Origin: a virus
DNA: 64,000 nt
IMG/VR virus record: IMGVR_UViG_3300035670_013228
Span: 64,001-128,000 of that record
Direction: 5' to 3' (one strand)
The notes below the pieces were generated by a model. That model did no database searches and was not told the origin of the DNA. It saw only the letters and a program-made list of their open reading frames with translations. Below, piece by piece: positions 48,512-58,509 of this stretch (positions are counted from its first letter, which is position 1; each line of letters opens with the position of its first letter). A program made the translations under genes and the position numbers.

Positions 48512-50403
48512 TTATTCTCCTTCTTTTAATAGATCTTGAATCGTCATAATTTTATCTAGCATTGCTACACCGAGAATATCAAATTTTATTATTCCTAATG
48601 ATTCTAGATCTTGCATCTCCATTCCAGCTATCATTTGTTCATTTTTAGAATCATAAATCATAGGACAAATATCTTTGAGTGGACTAGCGCTTATGGCTAT
48701 TCCGGCCGCATGTTTAGATTGATTCGATTTTGTTCCTTCTAGTCTAATAGCCTGCTCGAATCTTTTTGCAAGTGGACCATTTAAAGTATTATTAGAATCT
48801 ATATAACAATAATCTTTTAAGCCGTCTGCATTATTTTCTAAAGCCCATCTTATAATAGATGCTTCTCCTGTTTCTTCTTTCATTTCTTGAAGCTCATCGG
48901 CAATTTTTGCTTCATCCGGGATATTCTTAGTAATTTTATTCATTTCGTCAAAAGATATATTGCCATATACTCTAAGAACATCTTTAAGAGCACCCCTACC
49001 TTTGATAGTGTTAAAAGTTATCATTTGAGAAACCTTATCTTCTCCATACTTATTTTTAATATATTGTATGATATTTTCTCTTTTATTAATTGGTACATCC
49101 ACATCTATATCTGGCATTGATATTCTATCTTTAGTATTTCTTCCAGAATTATAAAATCTATCAAACATTAGATTATATTTAATAGGATCAATATTTGTAA
49201 TGCCGATCAAATAAGACACCAGACAACCAGCAGCACTGCCTCTACCCGGTCCTGGTAACCAATTATTAGTTTTTACATAATTCACAATATCTTGTACAAG
49301 TAGAAAATAACTAGAAAGATTGGCACCTTGCAAAACATCTAGTTCGTATTTGATACGATCAACATAAATACCCTGATCATTTTCTGGTACTGTTTTTGCT
49401 ATTTTTTGTTTCCAGCCCTTTCTACATAATTCCCTAAGATATTCAGCATCTGTATACCCTGCCGGACAACTAAAAGGAGGTAAATTAGGCTTATCTAATA
49501 TATTATATTCTTCACACATACTATCTATTAAGTTTGTATTTTCTATTTCCTCCTCAGTATGTATACTATGCATTTCTTCTTGAGATAATATATGAAAATT
49601 GTCTGATGTAAAAAAAGCAGAGAGAGGAATATCTTCGTGATTATGAATTTTTTTACTAATTTCTCCGAAAGTTGTTTTTAGATTATTACATAGTAAAATT
49701 CTTTGATCTACCGCGTCTGTTTTTCTACAGTAATGGGCATCTGGTGTGCAGACAACCTTGGTATCGGTTATTACGCCTAGTTCTCTAATGCAGTCTGTTA
49801 GGGTCTTTTGTATGGGTAAGTTTTCTTGATCCATTAGTTGGGATTCTAGAAAAAAATTATCTTTTCCAAAGATGTCCTTAAAAGAGTTAATATGTTCGAT
49901 TCCAATATTTTTCCAATCTGATACAATCTTGTCGGCAATAACAAGCTTGTCGGCAATAAAAGATCCTAAATGTCCACAGATACAGACTAGATCACCTCTA
50001 ACGTATTCTTTTAATAAGGACAAATCTAATCTTGGTTTATGATAGTAAAAATTGGGTCTGTTAGATAAAGAAACAATTTCTATTAAATTCTTCCATCCTC
50101 TGTAATTTTTGGCCAAAACCAGTAAATGGCTTAGTTTTTTATTTTCCTTAGTTTGAACAGAAGCATCGTCGGAAGCGATATATAGCTCACAGCCAATAAT
50201 AGGCTTGATGCTATTCTTCTTCATTTCTGTATAAAACTTAATAGCTCCAGAAATATTTCCATGATCTGTTAGTGCGCATGATTTTGCATTAATTTCCAAA
50301 CATCTATCGGCGATTTGATGAGGTTGAGAAAGTCCATCCAATAGTGAGTAATGAGTCACTAGGAATGGACATGAAGAGGAACATACGTTCTTCTCATATC
50401 CAT
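48512..50403 (-). CDS. dnaE: DNA polymerase III alpha, N-terminal half (PHP + palm); first 14 codons out of frame because of an 8-nt insert
   Basis: LTDHGN, GCELY, TPDAHY, GRGSAAG, MPDIDVD and KFDILG motifs. The track ORF starts at GTG50359, but SD AAAGGA + ATG50403 encodes MDMRRTYVPLHVHS, then TAGTGACT, then HYSLLDG. Confidence 0.9.
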
Positions 50404-50455
50404 TATATTTTTATCCTTTCCTTTTCTAAAGATCTGTCAACTATTTATAACAAAA

Positions 50456-51502
50456 CTATTCGGCACTACCCGGAGCTTTGTACTGTCCTACATTATACCC
50501 CGGAGCTTGGTATTCGTCAACCACCACATCTATGCCCTTAACCGATATGTCGTGATGAACTTGTTCGCACATTGTCATATGTTCACCAAGTGGTGTAATC
50601 TGATTTTCTCTATATTCTATTATGGGAAGATGATTGGTATTATTAAATGTATTTTTGCCAAAATGACATAATTTTGTACATTTCCAGCTTTTGTTTAGTT
50701 CTGGATTAGTAGTATTTTTTATGGTTTCAAATTTATTCTTTAACATATTTTCAATTTTAGATATATGAGACTTGTCAAAACAGATCGAAAACATACCACC
50801 ATCATTAATAAAATATATAGACACTATAACATATTTAGCATCTGGGTATAATTTATGTACAGCATAGTAGTAGAGCATTAGTTGTGGATCTTCATGTAGT
50901 TTTGCCAAGGTTTTTTCCTGACCGGTTGCCCAATCTAATCTCTTGCCGGTTTTATAGTCTATAATTTCTAGTGTATCGTCATTGACGCGCGCTATTAGAT
51001 CCATAGTTCCTTTAATAGCTAAGTACCCATTAATTTGTCCCGTTTTAGTTTGATAATTATATTTAGCCCATTCTTTTTTTATTTCTATATCAAAATGCTG
51101 TTCTGGTTGTACAATATTTTTATTCCTAGGATCAAATATGCCATCAGAATAATTAAGGGCTTTAAAAATCCATTTTTTGCATTCATTATAGTCGGCTGCC
51201 GACCACTCATGATGATTAAATTTTGATATGTAATAATCGTATACTTTTTCTATAATTAGATTAATATCATAATTATTAATATCTATTATACCCAATATTT
51301 CTGTATCATTATAGTACTGTTGATTATTTTGATCACACAATTTTATATGTGCAAGAATTTCGAAAACTTTGTGACATATAGTACCTTTATCTGCTTTTTT
51401 GTTGGATTTAGATTTTATCCCAAGAACATATTCGAACATATATTGCATAGGACACATGGAGTGTGTTCCGTAACTGGAACTTCTTAGATATGTGATAATC
51501 AT
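50456..51502 (-). CDS. PD-(D/E)XK exonuclease, RecB/AddB/Cas4-like, probable Fe-S Cys set
   Basis: CP.QY, GTICH..FE, GTMDL...IIDYKTG and QLMLY motifs; C-terminal CTKLC...C. Confidence 0.85.
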   Translation of the reverse strand: MIITYLRSSSYGTHSMCPMQYMFEYVLGIKSKSNKKADKGTICHKVFEILAHIKLCDQNNQQYYNDTEILGIIDINNYDINLIIEKVYDYYISKFNHHEWSAADYNECKKWIFKALNYSDGIFDPRNKNIVQPEQHFDIEIKKEWAKYNYQTKTGQINGYLAIKGTMDLIARVNDDTLEIIDYKTGKRLDWATGQEKTLAKLHEDPQLMLYYYAVHKLYPDAKYVIVSIYFINDGGMFSICFDKSHISKIENMLKNKFETIKNTTNPELNKSWKCTKLCHFGKNTFNNTNHLPIIEYRENQITPLGEHMTMCEQVHHDISVKGIDVVVDEYQAPGYNVGQYKAPGSAE

Positions 51503-52092
51503 ATAGTTTCTTTTGGTAGAATATTTTTCTGAATAATAATTTTTTTTATGGTCTCAAATTGTTCTCTTACGGTCATATGAGCATTATTAATGATAAAATC
51601 AAATTTATTCCAATTATAATTTATTGCATCTAATATTGTTTCACTACTGTGATCAGAGTTGTGTGGATTTCTATTCAGACGTATAATAATACCGTTTTGA
51701 TTTTTAATAGCTTCTATTTCATTTGGAAATCTACAATCAGATACTATGACAACCTCATGTTTATTTTTCTTTATTTTATTCATCAAAGCATTAACCCAAA
51801 CATTATTATTTAATTTTCTAAATAAATCAGTGCCTATTAATTGCATCAGATCTCTAGCGGTCAATTGTTTATTATCCCAATAGGCATCAACTAGTTCATT
51901 TTTATTATGATCTTCACCATAACATTGAACATAGGATAATCCAAACATATTCATACAGATGTCTTCTTTCAATGGGTCTGCAAAATTATATATTGCAACA
52001 TCTGAGTATCCATTGGCCAATAATAATCCTTTTAAAAAATCTGAACAAATAGTTTTGCCGGATTGTTTACGTCCAGATAGTCCTATGATCAT
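51499..52092 (-). CDS. Deoxynucleoside monophosphate kinase
   Basis: IIGLSGRKQSGKT, FADPLK, R.LMQ.IGT and SDCRFPNE motifs. Confidence 0.9.
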   Translation of the reverse strand: MIIGLSGRKQSGKTICSDFLKGLLLANGYSDVAIYNFADPLKEDICMNMFGLSYVQCYGEDHNKNELVDAYWDNKQLTARDLMQLIGTDLFRKLNNNVWVNALMNKIKKNKHEVVIVSDCRFPNEIEAIKNQNGIIIRLNRNPHNSDHSSETILDAINYNWNKFDFIINNAHMTVREQFETIKKIIIQKNILPKETI

Positions 52093-53249
52093 AGTACAAT
52101 ATTCCTAATAAAAGTTTTGATTTGCTGTTCTATCTCAACAGAAGTCATCTCTGCAACGTCACCTTTTGAAATTTCTGGACAATATACCTTATAAGTATTT
52201 TCGCATTTTTCTTTGATCTGTGACGATGCTTTTTTACCGGCTTCATCGTTGTCCATTAGAAGTATTATAGTCATAGCTCCGGTTGAATCCAGAATCATTT
52301 TTTGCTTATCACTGAGCGAACAACCAAAAATGCCAACGCTGTTATGGATATTATTTTCTTCTAATTTCCATACATTACCAGGACTCTCTACGAGAATCAC
52401 AATACCGGTTTCCTGAATATGTTTTTTAGCAAACCATATATTGTATAGAGAGTTTTGACTTTTAAAGTTTAGGCTGTGTTTCCATTTTGGATATAAATAT
52501 AGCTTGTCCTCAGATGGACAATTATCTAGCTGGTTATGAAAACACGAACATTTTTGACATTTTTCGAAAATACTTCTTCCGGAACAACCTATAACGTACT
52601 CATGATCTAAATCATAAATAGGAACTACCGTTCTATTATACATTTCTCTGTTTGGGTTAGAGCATAAACCAACATCATATTTATCTAGTATAGCTCTGCT
52701 GAATCCTCTGTTAAGATAATATTCAGATGGAATATTAAGTAAAGATCGAGCTTTATCTCTATTGATTGTTTTTTCTGTATTGGATATGTGATTTTGTATA
52801 GCTATTTGACTAACAGCATTTGTAAAAGTATTTTTATTTTTAGATACTTTACATATTTTGATATTACTTAAGTCTTTATTTAGAAATTTTGATACAAATT
52901 GTATAGTATCTTCAAAAGATACCATTTTATCACCATCTTTTGACCAATTATATTTTTGATAGGATAATAATCCTCTGGTAAATCCTAGAATAGATCCTTT
53001 AAACGTTTTTTCACACTGATGTGTTCGACACTTCCAATTTCCTCTATAAGAATCGCCTTCTATATATAGATTTAATGCACTACTATTGTCTCCTTGATGT
53101 ATTGGACACGCCATTGATACCATTTTACCGGCATGTTTATACTTTATATCAAAATAAGATAATAGGTCATCTATATTATCACATAATAAGTCACATAATA
53201 TTTTATATTTATCTTGATCATTGGAACGGGATTTCTTCATCATTTGCAT
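52089..53249 (-). CDS. dnaG: DNA primase (CHC2 zinc finger + TOPRIM)
   Basis: CPIH...WKC..HQC, VILVES and MDNDEAG motifs; SD GGAGG upstream of ATG53249. Confidence 0.9.
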   Translation of the reverse strand: MQMMKKSRSNDQDKYKILCDLLCDNIDDLLSYFDIKYKHAGKMVSMACPIHQGDNSSALNLYIEGDSYRGNWKCRTHQCEKTFKGSILGFTRGLLSYQKYNWSKDGDKMVSFEDTIQFVSKFLNKDLSNIKICKVSKNKNTFTNAVSQIAIQNHISNTEKTINRDKARSLLNIPSEYYLNRGFSRAILDKYDVGLCSNPNREMYNRTVVPIYDLDHEYVIGCSGRSIFEKCQKCSCFHNQLDNCPSEDKLYLYPKWKHSLNFKSQNSLYNIWFAKKHIQETGIVILVESPGNVWKLEENNIHNSVGIFGCSLSDKQKMILDSTGAMTIILLMDNDEAGKKASSQIKEKCENTYKVYCPEISKGDVAEMTSVEIEQQIKTFIRNIVL

Positions 53250-54681
53250 GAATATCCTCCATTATAAATCCATCACTATTATTTTTTGTATTTGTTACTA
53301 GCTCTAATCTGGTTTTACCTTCTGTAATTTTAGCGCACCAGCCTTTCATATGACAATTGATATAGTCATTATCGTCTAGTCCTCCACCATGACGACTAAT
53401 AAGCGGCACAAGTTTTCTATTACCATTTTCTGGACCGTCCTCAGATATCTCTTCTGGAGTTTTTCTTTTAAAGATGCTGAAATTACTACACAGCCATATA
53501 ATTCTATCTGAACCACTGGCTGTGTCGGTGCTCTCTTTTGTTATGCCGTCCCTATTTAATTGTATAAATGCCACTATTGGAATTTTATATTTGGTAGCAA
53601 AATTATGTAGCGATGTCATCATAAAACCCAATACTTGGTATTCTTTCATATCCTGAGATATCCCAGCAGAGTCCATTAGTTTCAGATAATCATAAAAAAT
53701 TACACAATCTTTAGCTGTTCCGTCATCATTTAAGCCAACATCTTTAATAAGCCATCGTCTCATAATCGAAAGTTGATCTTCGAATGGCTTACCGGCTATC
53801 GATTTATAAAATAATTTTGTTTCTTTTAGATCTTCTACAGCTGCTTTTATTTTTGATAGTTTGTTTGGTGTATCAGAAAACTTGCCGGTTTCGATATGAT
53901 TAATTTCTATTTCTGTCATCATAGCCAAAACTCTGTTCAAATGATCTTCTTTGGACATTTCGGTGTCCATATTTAGTACAGGAATTTTAAGCTTATTTGC
54001 TATGTAAAATCCCATATTATCGGACAAAAGAGTTTTACCAACTTTTGGTCTGGCTGCTATAACATTGATAGTGCCTTTCCTAAGACCTCCGCCTATAGCC
54101 TGATCATAAACAGGAAATCCTGTTGGTATACCGACTTGATCTATTTTGTTCTCTAGTAAGTTATTTATATAATCATCAAGATTTGAGCCAATACGTTCCG
54201 CATTATTATCAACATCATTTAGAAGATTAGAGAAATCAAAAATACTATCCTCAGCTATACCTAATATAGAACCTATGCTTTCGTTGCCAGTAACGTCTAA
54301 TATTTTGTCTTGTGCTTGTTCTAACTGTTGTCTTAATAGTCTAGCTATTTCTAGCTTACGAATTTTTGAAGCAAATTTTCTAATATTAGAAATATTAACA
54401 GGAAAATCTAGTATGGCTTTAAGATGTTGTATTTCCTCTTTTTTCGATAGAATATGAGATAATCCAAGTTCCTCTGCTACAGAAAATATCGACGCTACAT
54501 CGATAGATATTTTTATATCTCTATCCAATAATGTTTTAAGACATTTAAATATAAACTTATTACTATCTACTGTAAAAGAAGATTCCTGAATAATATCAGA
54601 AATATCTAGATACGCATCTTCAGTATATTTACATATTCCTGCCAAAACAGCTCTTTCGGCAGAAGTATCGCATAGGATCAT
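53218..54681 (-). CDS. dnaB: Replicative DnaB-like helicase
   Basis: AERAVL, GIPTGF, AARPKVGKT, DYLKL and QLNR motifs. The likely start is MILCDTSAER (~54681); the track extends to 54735. Confidence 0.92.
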   Translation of the reverse strand: MILCDTSAERAVLAGICKYTEDAYLDISDIIQESSFTVDSNKFIFKCLKTLLDRDIKISIDVASIFSVAEELGLSHILSKKEEIQHLKAILDFPVNISNIRKFASKIRKLEIARLLRQQLEQAQDKILDVTGNESIGSILGIAEDSIFDFSNLLNDVDNNAERIGSNLDDYINNLLENKIDQVGIPTGFPVYDQAIGGGLRKGTINVIAARPKVGKTLLSDNMGFYIANKLKIPVLNMDTEMSKEDHLNRVLAMMTEIEINHIETGKFSDTPNKLSKIKAAVEDLKETKLFYKSIAGKPFEDQLSIMRRWLIKDVGLNDDGTAKDCVIFYDYLKLMDSAGISQDMKEYQVLGFMMTSLHNFATKYKIPIVAFIQLNRDGITKESTDTASGSDRIIWLCSNFSIFKRKTPEEISEDGPENGNRKLVPLISRHGGGLDDNDYINCHMKGWCAKITEGKTRLELVTNTKNNSDGFIMEDIHANDEEIPFQ

Positions 54682-54682
54682 A

Positions 54683-55063
54683 TCAGCCTGCTCCCTGTGA
54701 ACATTTATTGCACTTATATCTCTCAACATTATCATGTATCAATGTTGGACTTATGCTTTCTTTTTTACCACAAATTCTACACACAACAGATATTGGCTGA
54801 AATTTTCTAACCCTTGGTGTGGGAGCATATTTAGCTAATTTTTTATCAATTTCTACATCGTCTTTATGTAAATTAGCTTCTGTCATACTATCAAACTTAT
54901 TAATAGACGATACTCTTGGTTTTTTATCACGAGTTTTTATAGAATAATTTGACTCTGCGATTTTGGGTTCATCATCAGTTATACCGCTTGGCACGTCCTT
55001 TGTCAACATGCTTTGCAACAAAGAGATCATTTCTTTAATTTGTTCTTGTGATAGATTATCCAT
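54683..55063 (-). CDS. Hypothetical protein with a C-terminal zinc ribbon
   Basis: CRICG...CNKC; directly upstream of dnaB. Confidence 0.6.
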   Translation of the reverse strand: MDNLSQEQIKEMISLLQSMLTKDVPSGITDDEPKIAESNYSIKTRDKKPRVSSINKFDSMTEANLHKDDVEIDKKLAKYAPTPRVRKFQPISVVCRICGKKESISPTLIHDNVERYKCNKCSQGAG

Positions 55064-55550
55064 GTTTTGACGCCTTAGTTTTTTGAATAGAAATAAGTAT
55101 ATCCGATAGATTTTTAATAGATGTTGCTATATATGTTAGTCTGTCTGATCTTTGTTTAGCATATTTTTTAATTTTATTTAATGCCGATGCCCTATCATTA
55201 TGCTTGATAGCTTGTGCGGATTTTTCTATATATCCGTAGCCCTTATATGAATTAATATCATCTGCTATAATATCTTTAATTGTTTCTTCGGACCAATTAT
55301 ATCTAGCTATTTCTCTATTTAATGTTCTTTGTATATGAAAAGAAAACTGTCCTAATCTATAACTGATTTCACCGCATTGTTCCGGAGTAAGTTTTTCTAG
55401 GACATCTCTATTCATTGTTAAGTATGATTGTAACTCTTGTTCAGGTAAAGCATTCGATAAATACGCTGGTAATCCAATATTATTTTCATATTCATCTAAA
55501 ATAGAATCCCAATGTTCTATTTCTTCTTTTGCTGTTCTACTAGTATTCAT
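55056..55550 (-). CDS. Helical hypothetical protein (possible UvsY-like recombination mediator)
   Basis: Predominantly helical/coiled-coil 164 aa in the recA-dnaB neighbourhood; the family call is weak. Confidence 0.35.
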   Translation of the reverse strand: MNTSRTAKEEIEHWDSILDEYENNIGLPAYLSNALPEQELQSYLTMNRDVLEKLTPEQCGEISYRLGQFSFHIQRTLNREIARYNWSEETIKDIIADDINSYKGYGYIEKSAQAIKHNDRASALNKIKKYAKQRSDRLTYIATSIKNLSDILISIQKTKASKHG

Positions 55551-55950
55551 TTAGTATTCTCTTTTTCCATTCTGGTAATGATTCATTATATGGTAACTCT
55601 ATATATTCTATTTTATTAATACCGCACCATTCTTGCTTATCTTTATCTCTTTTTTTATGTCTTAAAAATCCCATCTTGTCTTTATGATAAAATCTAGAGA
55701 ATGCATAATGTTGTTCTCCGTGAACCTCTATACATTTTTTATTTAATGGCAGATAAAAATCTAAGAATAAAATTTCTGTTTTTCTGATATGAACAGGTAT
55801 TTCTTCTAATACTTGTAGTGTTGGAAAACAATCTCTAATTAACTGTCTTGCTAGTAAATGATAAGAAGATTTTTGTTCATCGTAGCTATTAGAAATACCT
55901 CCAATTAATTTCCAGTGATATATATTTCCGTCTAGGTCTTTGACTTGCAT
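55540..55950 (-). CDS. Vsr/DUF559-like PD-(D/E)XK nuclease
   Basis: LDFYLPL.KKCIEVHGEQHY...RDKDKQEWC motif. Confidence 0.75.
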   Translation of the reverse strand: MQVKDLDGNIYHWKLIGGISNSYDEQKSSYHLLARQLIRDCFPTLQVLEEIPVHIRKTEILFLDFYLPLNKKCIEVHGEQHYAFSRFYHKDKMGFLRHKKRDKDKQEWCGINKIEYIELPYNESLPEWKKRILNEY

Positions 55951-56957
55951 GGTGTACCAATAGTCTCATTTAGTTTTTCGTATAGTTCGTTATAAACCGT
56001 TTCATTCTCTGCTATATATTGTCTAAGTTTTTCTGTTCCTTGATATTTTTGCTTATCTCCTAAGCAACTAATTGTATACCATGCTCCGCTTTTATTAATT
56101 AGTCCAAAATCTATACACAAAGTTGCCAGCTCCATTGGTTTATCTATACCCTCTCCATACCTTATGAAACTTTTAATAGAGCCGCCAGGAGGGCCTAAAG
56201 CAGAGCATATGGTTTGCCAATCTACTTCCTGACCTATTTGAGGACCATCGGCACCGCTCAACCATGGCTTGAACATCTTAGCTTTAATTTTGATATCTGT
56301 TTGATATGCTATAGCTTGACCACTTTTTTCTTTCCACTCAACATTACCGTATCCAGGATTACCCATTAAATGAGTAATGCCTATAACTATGTTTTTATTC
56401 ACAGGTATTACATTCGCTACTTTACGACAAAATTTTGCTAGTAATTTTGCACCGTCTGCTCTTTGCATTTTATCCATTTCGCTAGTTATCTCAGCTTCTG
56501 TGCATAAAGCAGAATAGGAGTCGATTATCATAACAGATCCTGGTTCTTCATTAATAATTCTTTCTGCTATTTGAAGATACTCTTCTGCATGTAATATTTT
56601 ACCCTGTTGACTACCTATAATATTTAGTCTATTACAATCTAAATTTTTTATTCCTTCCAAGTCTCTTTTCTTGATTCTACCTTCTATGTTTAGATAGAAC
56701 ACTTCCCTAGGATTTTTTAAGGTTCCTTGATATTCTTCTTTCTGAGCAGTAGCCGCAAAGTCTAATGATGTTACTGTTTTTCCACACTTAGGATGTCCAG
56801 TCAATATAACAAAACTACCTTCTGGTATTCCACCATTTAGTATAATATCTAGAGCAGGACTAACCGGTATGGTGACCAATTCTCTGTCTATGATTGAATT
56901 AGCAGATAATAGTATATCTGAGCCGAAATCCTTTTTAACATCTTCTTTAATGCTCAT
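55932..56957 (-). CDS. recA: RecA/UvsX recombinase
   Basis: Walker A GHPKCGKT, LNIEGR, IIDSYSAL and GAWY motifs. Confidence 0.92.
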   Translation of the reverse strand: MSIKEDVKKDFGSDILLSANSIIDRELVTIPVSPALDIILNGGIPEGSFVILTGHPKCGKTVTSLDFAATAQKEEYQGTLKNPREVFYLNIEGRIKKRDLEGIKNLDCNRLNIIGSQQGKILHAEEYLQIAERIINEEPGSVMIIDSYSALCTEAEITSEMDKMQRADGAKLLAKFCRKVANVIPVNKNIVIGITHLMGNPGYGNVEWKEKSGQAIAYQTDIKIKAKMFKPWLSGADGPQIGQEVDWQTICSALGPPGGSIKSFIRYGEGIDKPMELATLCIDFGLINKSGAWYTISCLGDKQKYQGTEKLRQYIAENETVYNELYEKLNETIGTPCKSKT

Positions 56958-57379
56958 TCGTCTAGGTCCTTAATTCTGGAAATAATATTTTTATTTGATT
57001 GTATATTTTTGATACCAAAAATTATATCTTCTTTTCTATCAACATGCTTAGTCATGGTCTGATTTTGTTGATCTAGTTTTGCTTGTTCCTTTACTATCAT
57101 ATCTGGTAGATGCGGCGCTCGCAAAGAATAAATTTTTTGTCCGTCTCTACTCAAAAGAGCAGCTATGATAGCTTTATCTGAATATTGTTTAAGTAGTTTA
57201 TTAGCAGAACCTATTTGGTTTCTAAAAAACTTGCTCCATTCTTTACTAATCCAAAACCTATAATGTAGGTCTTGCTTATCTTTTACTGCTTTTCTTTCAC
57301 ATATTATTTCTGTAATGTATTGTGCAGCAGAGACTAGCTTATCGTTGGAGTATTTAGATATGTACTTCTTTGATACCAT
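56954..57379 (-). CDS. Hypothetical protein
   Basis: 141-aa ORF with ATGA coupling to recA. Confidence 0.6.
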   Translation of the reverse strand: MVSKKYISKYSNDKLVSAAQYITEIICERKAVKDKQDLHYRFWISKEWSKFFRNQIGSANKLLKQYSDKAIIAALLSRDGQKIYSLRAPHLPDMIVKEQAKLDQQNQTMTKHVDRKEDIIFGIKNIQSNKNIISRIKDLDE

Positions 57380-57782
57380 CTTTTTTATGTATTTTCTTTG
57401 CGCAATCTAATAGGCTACTATCAAATTTATCGATGAATCCAGATATTTGACATAGATAATCGACACCGGAGGGTACTGGTATATGATAAAAGCTTTCGAG
57501 TATTTGAGATATCTCTGTAAATTGTCCCATATCATTTACTGCCGACATTTCCATCCTTAGCTCCACATAGATTTCTCTTGGATAAGTACTAATATGTCTT
57601 GGATGTATAGGATCGTCAACAAGAATATTGGGATCATGGAGAAGTCCAGATAGATCTATATTAGGATCTAGTGGTTTGTTTTTAAGATTATCTTTTAGCT
57701 TATCTTTGATTTGTTCTCTAACTTTCTCAAAAACCTTTTGTTCTTCCGGAGACAAATCTAGTTTTATATTTTTATGATCCAT
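57354..57782 (-). CDS. Hypothetical protein
   Basis: 142-aa ORF tiling the operon. Confidence 0.55.
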   Translation of the reverse strand: MDHKNIKLDLSPEEQKVFEKVREQIKDKLKDNLKNKPLDPNIDLSGLLHDPNILVDDPIHPRHISTYPREIYVELRMEMSAVNDMGQFTEISQILESFYHIPVPSGVDYLCQISGFIDKFDSSLLDCAKKIHKKDGIKEVHI

Positions 57783-58107
57783 GTGGCCTATATATATGGG
57801 TAGAGGGTTTGATACTATTATTCGAATAGTTTAGTTTTTTATTTTCATCATTCATCTCTGAAGCAGCTTTTGTCATAATAGCTACATTTCTAGTACCAGA
57901 CTGACTATTTCTGATCATAAGATCCTTTGATGTAATTTTGTTTTCTTTAACAGGGGCTTCTGTAGTTGACTTTGTGGTTGTATTCTTAATTACGCTAATT
58001 ATTTGCTTAGAGTCTAATTTAAGTTCTTTTTGTATATCTTCTATGGTTAGATTCTGCGACTGTAACCATAATATAGCATATTTTTGCGTTTTAGTAATCC
58101 TTGCCAT
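57772..58107 (-). CDS. Hypothetical protein with a possible N-terminal HTH
   Basis: LTIEDIQKELKLDSKQIISVI resembles a helix-turn-helix. Confidence 0.5.
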   Translation of the reverse strand: MARITKTQKYAILWLQSQNLTIEDIQKELKLDSKQIISVIKNTTTKSTTEAPVKENKITSKDLMIRNSQSGTRNVAIMTKAASEMNDENKKLNYSNNSIKPSTHIYRPHGS

Positions 58108-58509
58108 TCAATCAACCTCTCTTTCTGCATTATGATAATAAGCTATATTTTTTGAAGTTAAAAATTGTATATAAAAATTAAAAGCTTTTTCATTGACTGT
58201 CTTAAATTTAGTAGATGATTTGCATACACTATCTAAAAAAGTATTAGTTTTTTCTTCTCCGTATATAGAGATAGGATTATATAGTTTACCATTATTGGCA
58301 AGTTTGATCATATACTTATATGATCCATCAATTTTTCTATATTTTTTGGCATATACCAGATTATCATCCTGGTTCCTTAATGGAATATTATCGAGATATG
58401 CTTCTTGAGACCCATCAAGGGTATAAAAAAGGGTTTGATGAGCCCCGGCAGTGTTTTGTTTATCAAAAATACTATTGTTTGATCGAAAAAAATCCATAAT
58501 TATGTCCAT
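58108..58509 (-). CDS. Hypothetical protein
   Basis: 133-aa ORF tiling the operon. Confidence 0.55.
   Translation of the reverse strand: MDIIMDFFRSNNSIFDKQNTAGAHQTLFYTLDGSQEAYLDNIPLRNQDDNLVYAKKYRKIDGSYKYMIKLANNGKLYNPISIYGEEKTNTFLDSVCKSSTKFKTVNEKAFNFYIQFLTSKNIAYYHNAEREVD

Noticed and set aside
47600-48600. Split intein at the DnaE fracture
   Set aside because: No Cys/Ser-initiated Hint N-fragment after KFDILG and no HN-C/S/T at the start of DnaE-C.
50356-50361. Genome-wide stop-codon reassignment as the explanation for the dnaE break
   Set aside because: TAG and TGA end other genes normally (e.g. TAG at 20768 and 36711; TGA overlaps), long ORFs are intact in the standard code, and read-through alone would not fix the frame shift.
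50404-50440. Sigma70 promoter for dnaE-N (TTGACA at 50440-50435)
   Set aside because: The only TATAAT is 27 nt away, and there is no acceptable -10 at 16-18 nt.
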